Positions 1 through 13,430 of a stretch of 64,000 nt of DNA are shown in pieces (the stretch's first letter is position 1; each line of letters opens with the position of its first letter). The notes beneath the pieces were generated by a model. The model was not told the DNA's origin, searched no databases, and saw only the letters and a list, made by a program, of their open reading frames with translations. Source of the stretch: Felis catus (taxonomy: Eukaryota); assembly GCF_018350175.1 (NCBI RefSeq), contig NC_058368.1, positions 235,664,001 through 235,728,000 on the forward strand. Reading direction: 5' to 3'. The translations under genes and the position numbers were made by a program.

Positions 1-288
1 GGCACTGTGCTCTGTGTTGGGGGTGACCATTCAAGTTACGTGAAGTCATAAAATAGACCAATTTTTCTTACATATTTTTATTATCTGAGCTCCAGGTAAG
101 GAAAAATGTGGTCATCAATAATGTCTCAGGCCATCACTCCCAAAAATTCATGAGTTACAATTCCGGAAACTGGCTCCTCGTAGGAAACAAAGCCTCTTCT
201 CTCTGACGCGTTGTTCCTTGTGTGTGGGAACCGGGTGCTTTCCCTCCGTGGGTCCCGCCTCACACCTGTGCCGTTAACTGTCCCACAG

Positions 289-366
289 ATCCTGGCCACA
301 CGCAAGTGTCTTTATTTTCCAAGTCACTCACTGGAAATAATCAATATTCTTTTTCTGATACTGGCC
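289..366 (+). CDS. Candidate internal coding exon (78 bp) of an unidentified gene
   Basis: Acceptor ctgtcccacAG|, donor C|GTGAGT; open in phase 1 as (D)PGHTQVSLFSKSLTGNNQYSFSDTG; phase-compatible with 1510-1697. No homologue recognised. Confidence 0.3.
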
Positions 367-1509
367 GTGAGTATGTCATTCAAAAGATCTACTTGTCCCC
401 TCCCTCCTTTCCTTCTTCTGCTCTCCCCTTTTCTCTCCCTTCCTCATTTGGATGGGCTTGTGGTGTCTACACTGTGCTGGCCGCAGGCAGTCCCACAACA
501 GACCATACGGTCCCGTCTTCCAGGTCTTCAGACTCTGCAGAGCAGCAGCTCGAGGGGCACGTTCTCACCATAGCAGAGCTCACTGTTTCGTGGGGGCAGG
601 TGCGGACGTAGAGGAGGTGAGCTGTGAGATCTCATGATGGATCAGGGCCCGGTGCAGAAGAGGTGCAGTGTGAATGGAAGCTTTGAGGAAGACCCATGGG
701 CGGGGGGTACGTGACACGATGTGAGCCCCGGCAGGGAGGAGGAGAAACCTGGGTTCCAAGCCAGTTCTTCCTTTGCTTGGCAAATGTGGGATAAGCCCCT
801 TCGCCATTAGAAGCTCGGTTCTCTCCTGGGCAACACGGGTTACCAGCCCTGGTGCCCACAGAGATGTTGAGACGAGAGACCCGGATAACGCCCTGGGAGA
901 CCCTGGCACGGCGCCCGGGGGAGGGGGCACCCACCCCAGGCACGCACAGGGCGGCCACGACTGCCGTGTGCCGGGGGACGGCCAGCCGCCCGCGTCCTTG
1001 TCCTCCACCGGGCCCCTGACACAGGACTGCCTGCGTTAACTGTGCTGAGGCTGTGAGTTGGCCAGAATGCCGGTGCGCCCCCACCTCCTGGCGTGCAGTG
1101 CCGTGTCATGATGGCTGAGTGCTTCCCCGGGAGGCTGTGCACGCCCTTGCCAGCCGCCAGCATCAGCTTGTGTGGAGCAGGTGCGCCCGCTCAGCTCCCC
1201 ACTGGGGCCATTGAAGCAAGTGGTGGAACAAGGGTGCAGGAATCACCAGTCAGATGACACCTCCCGGGGCCGCAGCACATGCCCTGCGGGTCTGACCACG
1301 AGGTGTCCAGGGTCGAGCTCCTTGCGGGAGGGAGCATAGGACACTCAAGGTCAGCTCTGCTCCGGGCAGCTCAGCCCCGCCTCGTCAAAGACTTTGCACA
1401 GACCCGGATCAGAATAAACCCGCTGTGGCTGAACGTGTGCCAGGACCTGACGGTGGCTCTGAAGTGTCGACCCCGGTCTTCCACCTTCCGCGTGTTTTCC
1501 TGGTGGCAG

Positions 1510-1697
1510 GAAACGGTTTCAAGGCCATTATGATGAACTATCACCCTGACAGTCAGCCTGTCCGTTACACGGAGCCTGGCTTTGACTGGAGGTTGAAAGG
1601 GATATTGAATGACTTAGAACAAACAGAGACCAAGTGTTTTGTACAATCTGAACCCACTTTATGGCAGAAGGAGGAACCAAACAGTGTTTCTTGTTAA
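1510..1697 (+). CDS. Candidate terminal coding exon of an unidentified gene
   Basis: Pyrimidine-rich acceptor ttttcctggtggcAG|; open frame NGFKAIMMNYHPDSQPVRYTEPGFDWRLKGILNDLEQTETKCFVQSEPTLWQKEEPNSVSC*; non-repetitive; ATTAAA at 2065 and 2141. Confidence 0.35.
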
Positions 1698-2240
1698 AAA
1701 GAAAAAAGGAAAAGAAAAAGAAACCCTAACCGTGTCATAAGGGGAAGGAAAGTTGGGTATCAGTTCTGAGTCACCCAGACGGGGTCGTTGCACACTCGGG
1801 CCAGGGTCGTGTTTCTGCCCTACGCCTCTGAACAGAGGAAAGGGCACCAGAGAGCAAGGGACTGAGGACAGCAGTCGGGTTTGGAAGGCTGCAGCCAGCC
1901 AGCGGAACGCAGAGGCTGACCATCCCTCCACCTCCCGGGGACAATGGAGCCCGGACCCCCAGGAGGCGACAAGACAGAGGCACCAGAAGCTTCCTGGTGT
2001 ATCTGCCCAAAGGACGCTTCTGTGTCGCTTGCTTGCTTACCTCCTTCTCACCCGGACTTTTCTTATTAAAGGTGAAATCATAAATCAGGTTCACCGAAAT
2101 CTCGCAGATGAATTTAGAACATGATTTAGGATTTTCAGTGATTAAATGAGATTCAGTTTGGTTGCCTTGAACAACCAGAGATGACCAAAGAGATTTAACG
2201 AAGCCGTGGTTTCTACCTTTCGCTGGAGAAGCCCATCGAG

Positions 2241-2754
2241 GCTTTGGAGGTAGGTCTTTAAAAAATGATCAAAGTATGGGGCTCCTGGGTGGCTCCGTCA
2301 GTTAAGCGTCCGACTTGGGCTCAGGTCATGATCTCACGGTTGGTGGGTTCGAGCCCCGCGTCGGGCTCTGTGCTGACAGCCCGGAGCCTGCTTCAGATTC
2401 TCTGTCTCCCTCTCTGCTCTTCCCCCGCTCATGCTCTGCCTCTCTCTCCTTCAAGAATAAATAAACATAAAAAGAATAATTTAAAAATGATCGAAGTAAA
2501 ATAAGACCATATGGGCGAGCCCTCATCTGACATAACTGGGGTCAGAAGACGAGATCAGGACACAGACACACGCAGAAGGTCACCCGAGTGGGGGCTCAGA
2601 AGGCAGCCATCTGCAAGCCAAGAAGAGGCCTCACCAGAGGCCACCTGTGTTGACGCCGTGAGCTTGGATTTCCAGGCTCCAGAATTGTGGGAAAACAAAT
2701 TGTTTCAGCCCCCAGCCTGGTATTGTGCTTTGGTAGCCCGAGCGGACGAATACA
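2241..2754 (+). mobile_element. MaLR LTR (MLT1A/B-like), interrupted by a SINE
   Basis: gccatctgcaagccaagaagaggcctcaccaga, ttggatttccaggctccagaattgtg, 3' end gaataca. Confidence 0.8.
2278..2482 (+). mobile_element. Can-SINE (felid type)
   Basis: ggggctcctgggtggctc head, gggttcgagccc B box, (CT)n, A tail; TSD aaaaatgatc(a/g)aagta. Confidence 0.95.
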
Positions 2755-2944
2755 TCTAGGAAATACTTGTTTTACTAGTTTAGCAGTGAGTAGAGGGCAC
2801 CGAAAGATTCCGACAGGTGTTGCGACGTCTGGGGTCTGAACGCAACATAGCTGGGCCGGCAGGGTGGCTCTGTGCCAACAGGCACAGGAGGGCACCGTTC
2901 TGATTCCCTAGGTCAACGCTTTCTGATACGATCAACGCTGGCTG

Positions 2945-3080
2945 TGAGTACCTAGGGAGCACTTGAAACTGGGCTAGTCTGAATTGAGATGCTCTGTAAG
3001 TGAAAAACAAATCTGGAGTTTAGGGAGTTGGGATAGAAAGAGGATGTAAAATATCTCACTTAGCTTAGTATTTATGTTGG
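2945..3080. mobile_element. hAT-Charlie MITE fragment (MER33/MER3-like)
   Basis: gagcacttgaaactgggctagtctgaattgagatg...gtaaaatatctca. Confidence 0.65.
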
Positions 3081-4622
3081 TCGGTGTTGTTCCAGGCGAT
3101 GAGAGAGCCTGGATGAGAGGGGCAGTAGCCAAGGGAGGGCAAAGAGAGACGAGGACCAGCTGTCTGGATGGAGCTTTCAGATGAAATGGTGTTTGTGAGA
3201 TATAACCCTTAAAAAGAGGTCATTGGACCCCCTCCTTGCTGGGAAAACTCAGAGCCCAAGAGCAGACCCATGGGGAACAGGACTGTGGTATTTGAAAGAC
3301 ATCCTTTACTGCGGACTGGGAAGGACTGTTAATGTGTATTGCACGGACTGGTTTTGATATGCTGAAGAGTTTGAGTCAGCTGGTTGAACATCCATATTGC
3401 TGTGGGTTAGAGCTGTGATGTGCAAATCAGATATATTAGTGCTTACTCTCCAGGGGTCGCTCATCTAGCAGACACGTGGGGACACTCGGTTCCATCTACT
3501 CAAGAAGAAAAGGGTGGACAGACCAGGGATGATTTACGCTCAGTGTGAGTAACATGAGACGACACTAAACATTATGCTAAGCTCAGGATTACTAGCACCA
3601 AATATGGGTGTTACCCTCACTTGGCTTATGGACTTGGGCCAAGTTGGCTGGAAATGCGAAAGCGCTTTTGGGAAGAACGCAAGGATTGGATGATCAGTGC
3701 AGGGGTGACTGACCAAGGTATGACTTAGCACTTGGAGCCCAAGTGATTCTGGGCAGCAGGTGGTAACTGAGGCATGGGAAGTCTGAAGGAGGAGCTGCTG
3801 GGATGATTCTGTGTTTTTCCACAGGGCGAACTCGACATGCTGGGTGGGACAGCACTTTGTGGGCTTGTGGCTCACACAGCGAGACATCTGTGTTTGGATC
3901 AGTCAGGGTTCTCGGGGACGGTGTATAAAGCAGAGGCAGCCTCAGTTGGGGGGGAACTAGGCCAAGTACAAATTGAACTCTTACCCACAACAGACACCAC
4001 GGAACTCTTCTGTTTTTCCGCCTCTCCGACTGGGGGCCCCCTCAAAACCACTTGGAATGTCTGTTATGCCCCGAAGTCCTCTGTGATTTCCTTTAAGTGG
4101 TCACTTTCCACTTGGGTAGGCAGAGACATCTAAGAGAGTGTCACACGCGCTCAGTGACCTTGGCTGACGTGCCTCCGGAGCATGAAGCAGACGTGTAGGG
4201 CCGCTGCTCCAGTGTGTTGGGAGTGGGGTGGGGGGGCTTCCCCACAGGTGCGGCTTTCTTGCCTTTGCTCTTCCATGGACCCCTCCTACCCTTCCAGCTC
4301 CTGCAGGAAAAGTCTCTTTATGTGACTTGTATGTGGTCGCACAGACTCCACAGCCCGAGCTTTCCCAGCAAGGAAGGGGTCCAATGATCTCTTTTTAAAG
4401 GTTATGTCTTACAAATACCATCTATTTTCTAAACCTGCAATATCGTCTTGTATACATATTCTTCCACTTAGGTGAATTGAAGTCCCGGGATTCTTAACAT
4501 GATTTAGCAGTTTTTTGTTTTTTTTTCTCCAGTTATCAAGTATATCCAAATTGCATATTTAAGCTTAGAATGAGAGGCAGAAGTGTTTTCTGGACACATT
4601 GTAATTTAAAAAGTTTCCTTTC

Positions 4623-4851
4623 GGGGCACCTGGGTGGCTCAGTCGGTTAAGCGTCCAACTTTGACTCAGGTCATGATCTCACGGTTTGTGAGTTTCAGCC
4701 CCGTGTCGGGCTCTGTGCTGACGCCTCGGAGTCTGGAGCCTGCTTTGGGTTCTGTGTCTCCCTCTCTCTCTGCCCCTCCCCTCCCACCTCAAACACAAAT
4801 AAACATTAAAAAATTAAAAAAAAACATGTTTTAAAAAAGAAATAAACAAAT
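4623..4851 (+). mobile_element. Can-SINE
   Basis: Canonical head, body and tail; TSD aaaa(a/g)gtttcctttc. Confidence 0.95.
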
Positions 4852-5593
4852 AAAAGGTTTCCTTTCAACTGGATGCATATAAAACTGTCCTTGTAGATGG
4901 ACACATACAGCTAAAGCTTGGAAATATTTCTATAATGAATTCAATACAATGAGATTGTTGTATTGAAATTAGATTAAGATTTAATGGCCTTCGGGGAAAC
5001 CATTTAACTTTGTTTGAAATTGGACAGTTCCTTGGCTGGCGAGAGAGGTTTACCTACAAAGGGCGTATGAGAAACTTTAGGGAAAAGATACCTCCAGAGC
5101 AATTATGGATTTTGGTGGGGGTCGGGATTGTTGTTTTCAGCAATCGGCCCGGGCAGGACAGAAGAGGGGCTGGGAGAGGTGTGCATAGTCCCCTTTCACT
5201 CCTTCCACGCAGGGATCAGATTCGGGCACCTGACAAAGGAACCCGGGAGGGGATAGCCTCTTCGCAAAGGGTTCCAAAACCTTTGAATCAACTCCCTTTA
5301 TGTTGTCAGGTCACCGAGATTTGTAGACACAAACCAAAGGGATGGAAAAGATAGGTTTACAGGGGCAAAAAACCCAACGCAACCCAAACCAAACAGTGAA
5401 ATGCAAAGAAATAGAGCGAGATGCAATTATACCGAGGACACACCCCCACGTTGCTGGTTCTCTGGTCTTCTCCATCCTGAGACCCAGACAGATTCTCCAC
5501 CTTCAGCGTTGTCTTGCAACAAACAAGAAAATACCCTAGTTATGGTTTAGTCAGGACTGAAGAAAACTTATTAAAATTTGGGTAGTTCTTTTG

Positions 5594-5822
5594 TTTTGTT
5601 TTAAATTTTTAAAAAATGTTTATTCATTTTTTGAGAGGGAAAGAGAGAGAGAGAGAGAGTGAACAGGGGAGGAGCAGGGAGAGAGGGAGACAGAATCCGA
5701 AGCAGGCTCCAGGCTCCGAGACGTCAGCACAGAGCCCGACGCGGGGCTCGAACTCACGAACCGCTAGATCACAATCTGAGCCAAAGTCAGATGCTTAACT
5801 GACTGATCCCCCCAGGAGCCCC
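5594..5822 (-). mobile_element. Can-SINE
   Basis: Reverse-complement SINE; TSD tgggtagttctttt. Confidence 0.95.
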
Positions 5823-7821
5823 TGGGTAGTTCTTTTTTAATTCACGGTACTTTTTTTTTTTTTTTTTAACTAAATGGAGAAATCGTAGCATCCAAGTGGT
5901 GATCACTGGATAATGTTCACGGTGGAAGACTTCCTCCAAAACACAGTTATTAATAAAAACAAAAAGGTGAAAAGAACTCATTTGATGTAAATCAAAGCAG
6001 AGAGTAAATAAATGGGTTAGCATGTTGCCAGGCATTTGCGGGCAATGTTTGTTTTCAATGCCCTACATCTTGACATAAAGGGCAAGACCCAACTGAGGAT
6101 GGCTGAGAGGTGCCAACACACAGATCTAGAATCCCTGGAAGACGGGAAAAAGAGGATAATGAAGCAAGGTCTGGATTCGCAGACAAGGATGGGATGAGAA
6201 AGTTAGGCTGGGTGTCTTCTAAGCCGATGGCAGAGGAGTCATTATCAGGCCAGCTCAAACCTGCTCCCCGTGCCCTTGACTGGCATTCTTAGCCCACCAT
6301 GACTGCATGAGAACTCATGGTGTAGACAGCGGGGAATTGGGCCTAAGGGAGGGTCACGTGTCACTAATAATTGTCAGACAAGCTGCCACTGAATTGGTTT
6401 CTCTGAGTCAGCCTCGTGTCCCCCCTTTCTGCTTTCCCCCTAAGGAAGTTGGGGTGTATCCTCTGTGACTGAGGGGCTTCCTCATGCTTCTGAGCGAATG
6501 AATCCATCCGGGCTCTGCCTTGCTCCTGAGCCTTGGCTCTGGGGTCCCACCACAGCCAACTTATACTCACGTGGGGTGCTCAGCTCACCCCAGCGGCTTG
6601 GCCGGGACCTTCCCCAGCGATTACCTCCGGTTCAAACCCTCGTGGCTTGGATCAAAAGCAGGCTGTGGATGGGGTGCAAGGATGTGGGCGGTGAGTGCAA
6701 ATGTTGACTATGGCAGGCATCACCAGTGATCATTGCGGTGCTAGAAGGTTCTCCACATTCATTACCTCACCTTCATCTCTGTCTTAGCCTAGTGGGCGGG
6801 CCATCACCACGGCCGTCTCAGAGCCTGGGTGACCGGGCTCAGAGTCTGAGGGCTCAGCCTCCCATCCGAGTGGCTACGGGGGGTTTTGTGGTGGTCAGAG
6901 ACGGGTTGAGGGGGCCAGGTGCTCAGTGACATCAGTTGCCCTCTTGGCAACTCTGCCAGGCTCTGAGTTGCATGGCATGGCTGTCTCTAATGGCCACACA
7001 GAGGCCACCTGTAGGTGTATTTACACATAAATACATATGCGTATAAGTGTGTGTATACACATATCCACACATACGCACATCCTTTACCCTTGGCTTGGCC
7101 TAGTTACGTGCGTGGGTGAAAGTTGATCGATAAAGCCTGTACGTAATCATCTGTTCATACCTTTGGCCGTTCTATGAAACTCTGAGAGCCCATCTGAATG
7201 TTGGTAATAACCATTGTTGTCGCGTGGGCTGTGCCTTTTCCCACATTCTTTCGCAGATGCGGGACTCTTTGGTAACATGGTGGGCCTATTTCCCTCCATT
7301 CTGAATCCCACGGGAGAATGAAACTGAGCACAGGATTGGTGAATTACGTTCAGGAAAGGGCGGTGACGCTATTAAAATATATCAAAAATGTTCCTACGCA
7401 GGACTTCAATTGCTCGTATCTACCCTGGCATGTAACCAGCTACAAATGAACAACAGAGAATATGCTGGGTAAGAGGACAGCGAAATAAAATGTTGCTGTT
7501 TGAACATAAGTGTAGTTTTAGCAGGTTCTAAAATGGATACCTACCATATTTCAAATTCTTAGCTAATCTTCACTAAATATTTGGACTATTGAAAGTTTAA
7601 AACATTTCTTTTGAAATTTAGACACACACATCTGTAGCTGTATCTTTATCCAAGAAACATACACATGTGAGTGTGTATAAGGTAATGGTCACTTTGACTA
7701 TGCATCGAAGCAGCACAAATCCTAGCTGAGATGTTGGACGCAAAGGCTTTTTTAGGTTGTTGTTGTTGTTGGCATAAATGCTGCTCTGGAACCCTGCTTG
7801 GCAGGATCCCAATAATGCAAA

Positions 7822-7944
7822 TGAACATCTTTTCATTTGTCTCTTGGGCATCTGTATGTCTTCTTTGGAGAAATGTCTGTTCATGTCTTCGACCCATTTT
7901 AAATGAGATTATTTGGTGTTTTGGTGTTGAGTTGTATACATTCT
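7822..7944 (-). repeat. 123-bp isolated copy of L1 sequence from 9503-9625
   Basis: Direct alignment, 2 mismatches, offset 1681 bp. Confidence 0.9.
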
Positions 7945-8663
7945 CAGAAGCAGAATGCATCCTGCTGTTCTGCTGTCTTGGGTTACAAGAATCCCTGGGT
8001 GATAGACAAATTTAGAATGCATTTGTAAACTTAAATTCATTGTAGGAAACAAACTGGTCCTCATCCAACTCTCCCAGGGGGCATATTTCCACTGAAGTAT
8101 GGGAATTTATAATTACATTCTTTTATAGACTGGCCACTTTTCTCAGCAGTGTTTGAGGTTCTAGCTGAGAACCCTGGATTATCCAATTTTCCATCCACAT
8201 TGGGGAATTCTGTGATAACTCCTTGGACATCTATTCCCCAAGCTTCTGTTTGTCAGTTCAACCAGGGTCTGAGTGTGAATCCCATGAAGACAATTCTGTG
8301 ATCAGTCACTTACCGGGTTTAAAGTTGCCAGAGATTTTAAGTGAGGTAAGGAGAGTCATTTCATATTTTTATTGAAAAAAATCAGTCCCACCTATCCATT
8401 TATCATTAATGCCAGAAAAGCCCTGTGCTCTCCAACCCCCACAGTGGGACCTGTACTCATTCTATGTTCCACAAGAGGCTGTTCATTTTAAAGTAAGAAG
8501 AAGAACAGTTGCCTTTGTGAGTGAGAATGTAGGTCCATGACACCCTCAGTTCTATTGTCAACAACAAGGTCCAGGGATGCTCTAAGAAATGACCTATTTA
8601 TTTGACCTGACATTGATGTTCAAGGTTCATTTATGAAACTGGTTTTCATTATTTCACCAAACC

Positions 8664-9067
8664 ATTTTTACTTTTTTGCTTTGCTTTTTTAAAACTTTAA
8701 TTCCAGTGTAGTTAACAGACAGTGTTAAATTGGTTTCAGGTGTACAATATAGTGATTCAACACTTCCATATATCACCCGGTGCTCATCACAAGTGCCCTC
8801 CTTAATCCCCATCACTTATTTCACTCATACCCCTCCCCTCTTCCCTCTGGTAACCACCACTTTGTTCTCTATAGTTAAGAGTCTGGTTTTTTTTTTTTTT
8901 TTTTGGTTTGTCTCTTTTTGTTTGTTTTGTCTCTTCAATTCCACATATGAGTGAAACCGTATGGTATTGTCTTTGACTTATCTTGCTTAGCATTATATCC
9001 TCTAGATCCATTCGTGTGGTTGCAAATGGCAAGATTTCATTCCTTTTTATGGTTGAGTAATATTCCC

Positions 9068-9124
<57 letters not shown>

Positions 9125-9704
9125 CCACATCTTCTTTATCCATTTTTCTATTATGGACACTCAGGTTGCTTCCATAATTTGGCTGTTGTAGATAATGCTG
9201 CAATAAACATCGGGATGCATGTATCCATTTGAATTAATGTTTTTGTATGTTTTGGGTGAATACCTAGTAGTGTGATTACTGGATCACATGGTAGTTCTAT
9301 TTTTATTTTTTGACGAACCTCCATGATGTTTTCCACAGTGGATGCACCAATTTGCATTCTCGCTAGCACTATAAGAAAGTTCCTTTTTCTCCTCATTCTT
9401 GCCAACACTTGTTGTTTCTTGTGCTGTTTTTGCCATTCTGACAGGTGTGAGGTGATATTTCATTGTGGTTTTGACTTTCATTTCCCTGATGATGAGTGAT
9501 GTTGAACATCTTTTCATTTGTCTCTTGGGCATCTGTATGTCTTCTTTGGAGAAATGTCAGTTCATGTCTTCTACCCATTTTAAATGAGATTATTTGGTGT
9601 TTTGGTGTTGAGTTGTATACATTCTTTATATATTTTGGAAACTGACCCTTTATTGGACATGTCACTTGCAAATTTCTTCTTCCATTCATTAGGTTGCCTT
9701 TCTT
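8664..9704 (-). mobile_element. Carnivore L1 3' end (ORF2 C-terminus, 3'UTR, poly-A)
   Basis: ORF fragments [27 protein letters not shown] and PMFIAALSTTAKLWKQPECP; T-rich tail at left; (GT)n(AT)n at about 9069-9124. Confidence 0.95.
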
Positions 9705-12700
9705 ACTGGTGTAAGATCTTGGGGCTGTGAGCTGTGTAATTCTATACTGTTCTTTGAAGTAACACCTCTTTTTTATTGTAAACCTGCCTAACTCAAGTTT
9801 AAAAGTTCTCTTAACAAGCAGACCAAAACACACCTAGGACCTACCTTCCTTTATTTATTTAACATTTACTTAGTTACTTATTCAACATTTTTAAATTTTT
9901 TATTTTATTTAATTTTTCTCCCCTCCAAAATGATAAGACATAAGAATTCACCACAAACGACATAACAGGCAATAGAACTCATGGCCAGGGATTTAATCAA
10001 CATAGATATAAGTAAGATGTCTGACCAGAATTAGAAACAACATTTAAAGGATTCTAGCTAGGCTTAAAAATGTATAAAATACAGTAGAGAATCCATTCCT
10101 GCAGATTTTAAAGATCTAAAATCTAGTCAGGCTGAAAGTAAAAATGCTATAACCAGGATGCAAACCTGAATGGATGCCATGACAGCAAGGACAGATGAGG
10201 CAGAGGAGCAAATTAGTGATGCAGAAGACAAAATTATGGAAAACAACAAAGCTGAAAAGAAGAGGGAAGCAAAGGTAATGGATCATGAAGGTAGACTTAG
10301 GGAACTCAGTGACTTATTGAGATGGAACAACATTCGTATCATAGGAGTCCAGGAAGATGGAGAGAGAAAAAAAGGGGAAGAAGTTTTATGTGAGTAAATT
10401 ATAGCTGAAAACTTCCCTAACCTGGGGAAGGACTAGACATCAAAATCCAGGAAGCACAGGGAACTCCCACTAAATCCAACAAAAGCCAGCCACCACCAAG
10501 ACATATCATAGGCAAATTCACAAAATACACAAACAAGGAAAGAATCCCGAAAGCAAAAAGGGAGAAAAAGTCCTTAACCTACAAGGGAAGACAGATCAAG
10601 TTTATAGCAGATCTGTCCACAGAAACTTGGCAAGCCAAAAGGGAGTGGCATGATATATTCAATGTGCTGAGTGGGAAAGATATGCAGCAAAGAATATTCT
10701 ATCCAGCCAGGCTGTCATTCAGAATAGAAAGAGACAAAAAGAGTTTCCCCAAACAAACAAAAACTAAAGGAGCTCATGACCACTACACCAGACCTGCAAA
10801 AAGTTTTAAGGGAGATTCTTTGAGTTGGGGAGTGGAGGGAAAGACCCAAAGCAACAAAGACTAGAAAGGAAGAGAGAACATCCCCAGAAACACCTACTTT
10901 ACAAGTAACACAATGGCACTAAACTCATATCTTTCAATAATCACCCTCAATGAAAATGGACTAAATGACCCAATCAAAATAGAGTATCAGAATGAATTAA
11001 AAAAAGAGACTCATCTATATGCTGTCTACAGAAGACTCATTTTAGACCTAAAGACTGGCAGATTGAAAGTGGGGGAATGGAGAACCATCTATCATGCTAA
11101 TCGTCGTCAAAGGAAAGCCAGAGTAGCCATACTTATATCAGACAAACTAGATTTTAAGCCAAAGACTAACAAAGATGAAGAAGGGCATTATATCATAAAC
11201 AAGGGGTCTATCCATTAAGGAGATCTAACAATTATAAATATTTATGCCCCAAACTCGAGGTAACCAAATATATAAATCAATTAATAACAAACACAAAGAA
11301 ACTCATTGATAATAATACAAAATAGTAGGGGACTTTAGCACCCCACTTACGTCAATAGATTAAGCAGAAAATCAACAGGAAACTATGGCTTTGAATGATA
11401 CCCTGGACTTGATCGACTTAACAGATATATTCAGAACATTCCATTCTAAAGCAGCAGAGTACACATTCTTTTTGAGTGCACACAGAACATTCTCCAGATC
11501 ACAGATCACATACTGAGTCACAAATCAGCCTTCAGCAAGTACAAAAAGATTGAGATCATACCATGCATATTTTCAGACCACAAAACTATGAAACTTAAAG
11601 TCAAGCACAGTAAAAAATTGGGAAAGACCACAAATACTTGGAGCTTAAAGAACATCCCACTAAAGGGTGAATGGATTAACCAGGAAATTAAAAAGAAATG
11701 TACAAATAAAATAGACAAAATAAAAAAATACATGAAGCAAATAAAAATGAAAACACAACAGTCCAAACTTTTGGGATGCAGCAAAGACAGTCCTAAGAGG
11801 GAAGTATATTGCAATACAGGCCTACCTCAAGAAGCAAGAAAGGTCTCAAATACATAAACTAAACTTACACCTAAAGGATATAGGAAAGGAAGAGCAAATA
11901 AAGCCCAAAGCCAGCAGAAGATGGGAAGGATAAAGACTTGAGCAGAAATAAATGATATAGAAACAACAAAACAGTAGAACAGATCAACAAAACTAAGCAC
12001 TGGTTATTCAAAAGAACTAATAACATTGATAAACCCCTAGCCATACTTATCAAAAAGAAGAGAGAAAGGACTCAGATAAATAAAATCATGAATGAAAGGG
12101 GAAAGATAATAACCAACACCACAGAAATACAACCATAAGAAAATATTATGAAAAATCATATGCTAAAAACTGAGCAATCTGGAATAAAAGTACAAATTAC
12201 TAGAATCATATGAACTACCAAAACTGAAATAGGAAGAAATAGAAAATTGGAAGAGACTCATAACCAGTAATGAAATTGAAACAGTAATAAAAAATCTTCT
12301 AAAAAACGTAAGTCCAGGACCAGATGGCTTCCCAGGGGAACTCTACCAGACATTTAAGGAAGAATTAATACCTAGTCTTCTCAAACTGTTCCAAAAGGTA
12401 GAAATGGAAGGAAAACTTTCAACCTCATTCAAAACTTTCAATCTCATTGAAAACTCATTTCAAACTCATTCAAACTTTCAAACGGCATTATCTTGATTCT
12501 AAAACCAGACAAAAAAAAACCACTAAAAAGAAGAACTACAGACTAATATCCCTGATGAACATGGATGCAAAAATTCTCAATAAGATACTGGCAAATCGAA
12601 TTCAACAGTACTTTGAAAGAATTATTCATCATGGCCAAGGGGGATTTGTTTCTGGGCTGCAGGGCTGGTTCAATATTCACAAATCAATCAATGTGATACA

Positions 12701-12871
12701 CCACATTAATAAAAGAAACAATAAGAACCGTATGATCCCGTCAACAGATGCAGAAAAAAAAAAAAACATTTGTCAAAATACAGCATTCATTCTTGATAAA
12801 AACCCTCAACAAAATAGGGCTAGATGGAGCGTACCTCAACCTCACAATGGCCATATAAAAAAGACCCACTC
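9705..12871 (+). mobile_element. L1 5'UTR end, decayed ORF1 (from about 9930) and ORF2 endonuclease/RT N-terminal part (from 10913)
   Basis: [72 protein letters not shown]; many stops and frameshifts. Confidence 0.95.
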
Positions 12872-13288
12872 ATTTGTTTTGGGTAGTATAGATATTTTAA
12901 CAATGTTTGTTCTTCCGATCTATGAGCATGGAATGATTTTCCATTCCTTTGTGTCAATTTCTTTCATAGGTGTTCTATAATTTTCAGAGGAAAGATCTAT
13001 TATCTCTTTGGTTGAGTTTATTCTTAGGTATCGAACTGTTTTTGGAGCAATTACAAATGGGATAAATTCCTTGATTTCCTTCTCTGCTGCTTCATTATTG
13101 GTGTATAGAAATGCAACAGATTTCTGTACATTGATGTTATATCCTACGACTTTGCTGAATTCACATATTAGTTCTAGCAATTTTTTGGTGGAGTCCTTTG
13201 GGTTTTCTACATAGAGTATCATGTCATCTGCAAATAGTGAAAGTTTGACGTCTTCCTTGAAGATTTAGATGCCTTTTATTTCTTTTCT
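12872..13288 (-). mobile_element. L1 ORF2 RT-core fragment, inverted relative to the adjacent piece
   Basis: [41 protein letters not shown]. Confidence 0.95.
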
Positions 13289-13311
13289 TTAATGTTTATT
13301 TAGAGAGAGAA

Positions 13312-13407
<96 letters not shown>

Positions 13408-13430
13408 TGTGGTGTGTGTGTGAGGGGCAG
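13283..13430 (-). mobile_element. Can-SINE tail piece with expanded (GA)n(GT)n microsatellite
   Basis: tttaatgtttattt(ag)n...gaggggcag; SINE body missing; head found at 13922-13937. Confidence 0.75.

Noticed and set aside
57..101. Strong donor CAG|GTAAGG at 95/96 as the exon preceding 289-366
   Set aside because: In-frame TGA just upstream in the required phase, and no polypyrimidine acceptor.
580..1163. Overlapping 90-150 aa ORFs in a GC-rich patch (also 23689-24309 and 25240-25662)
   Set aside because: Stop-poor because of GC content; open in several frames on both strands; no recognisable domain.
2278..2360. SINE heads as tRNA genes
   Set aside because: The A/B boxes belong to tRNA-derived Can-SINEs followed by (CT)n and A tails.
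3090..3900. Possible old LTR/L2 remnants
   Set aside because: Too degenerate to assign by eye.
9930..12980. L1 ORF1/ORF2 as functional CDS
   Set aside because: Multiple stops, frameshifts and rearrangement; a dead element.
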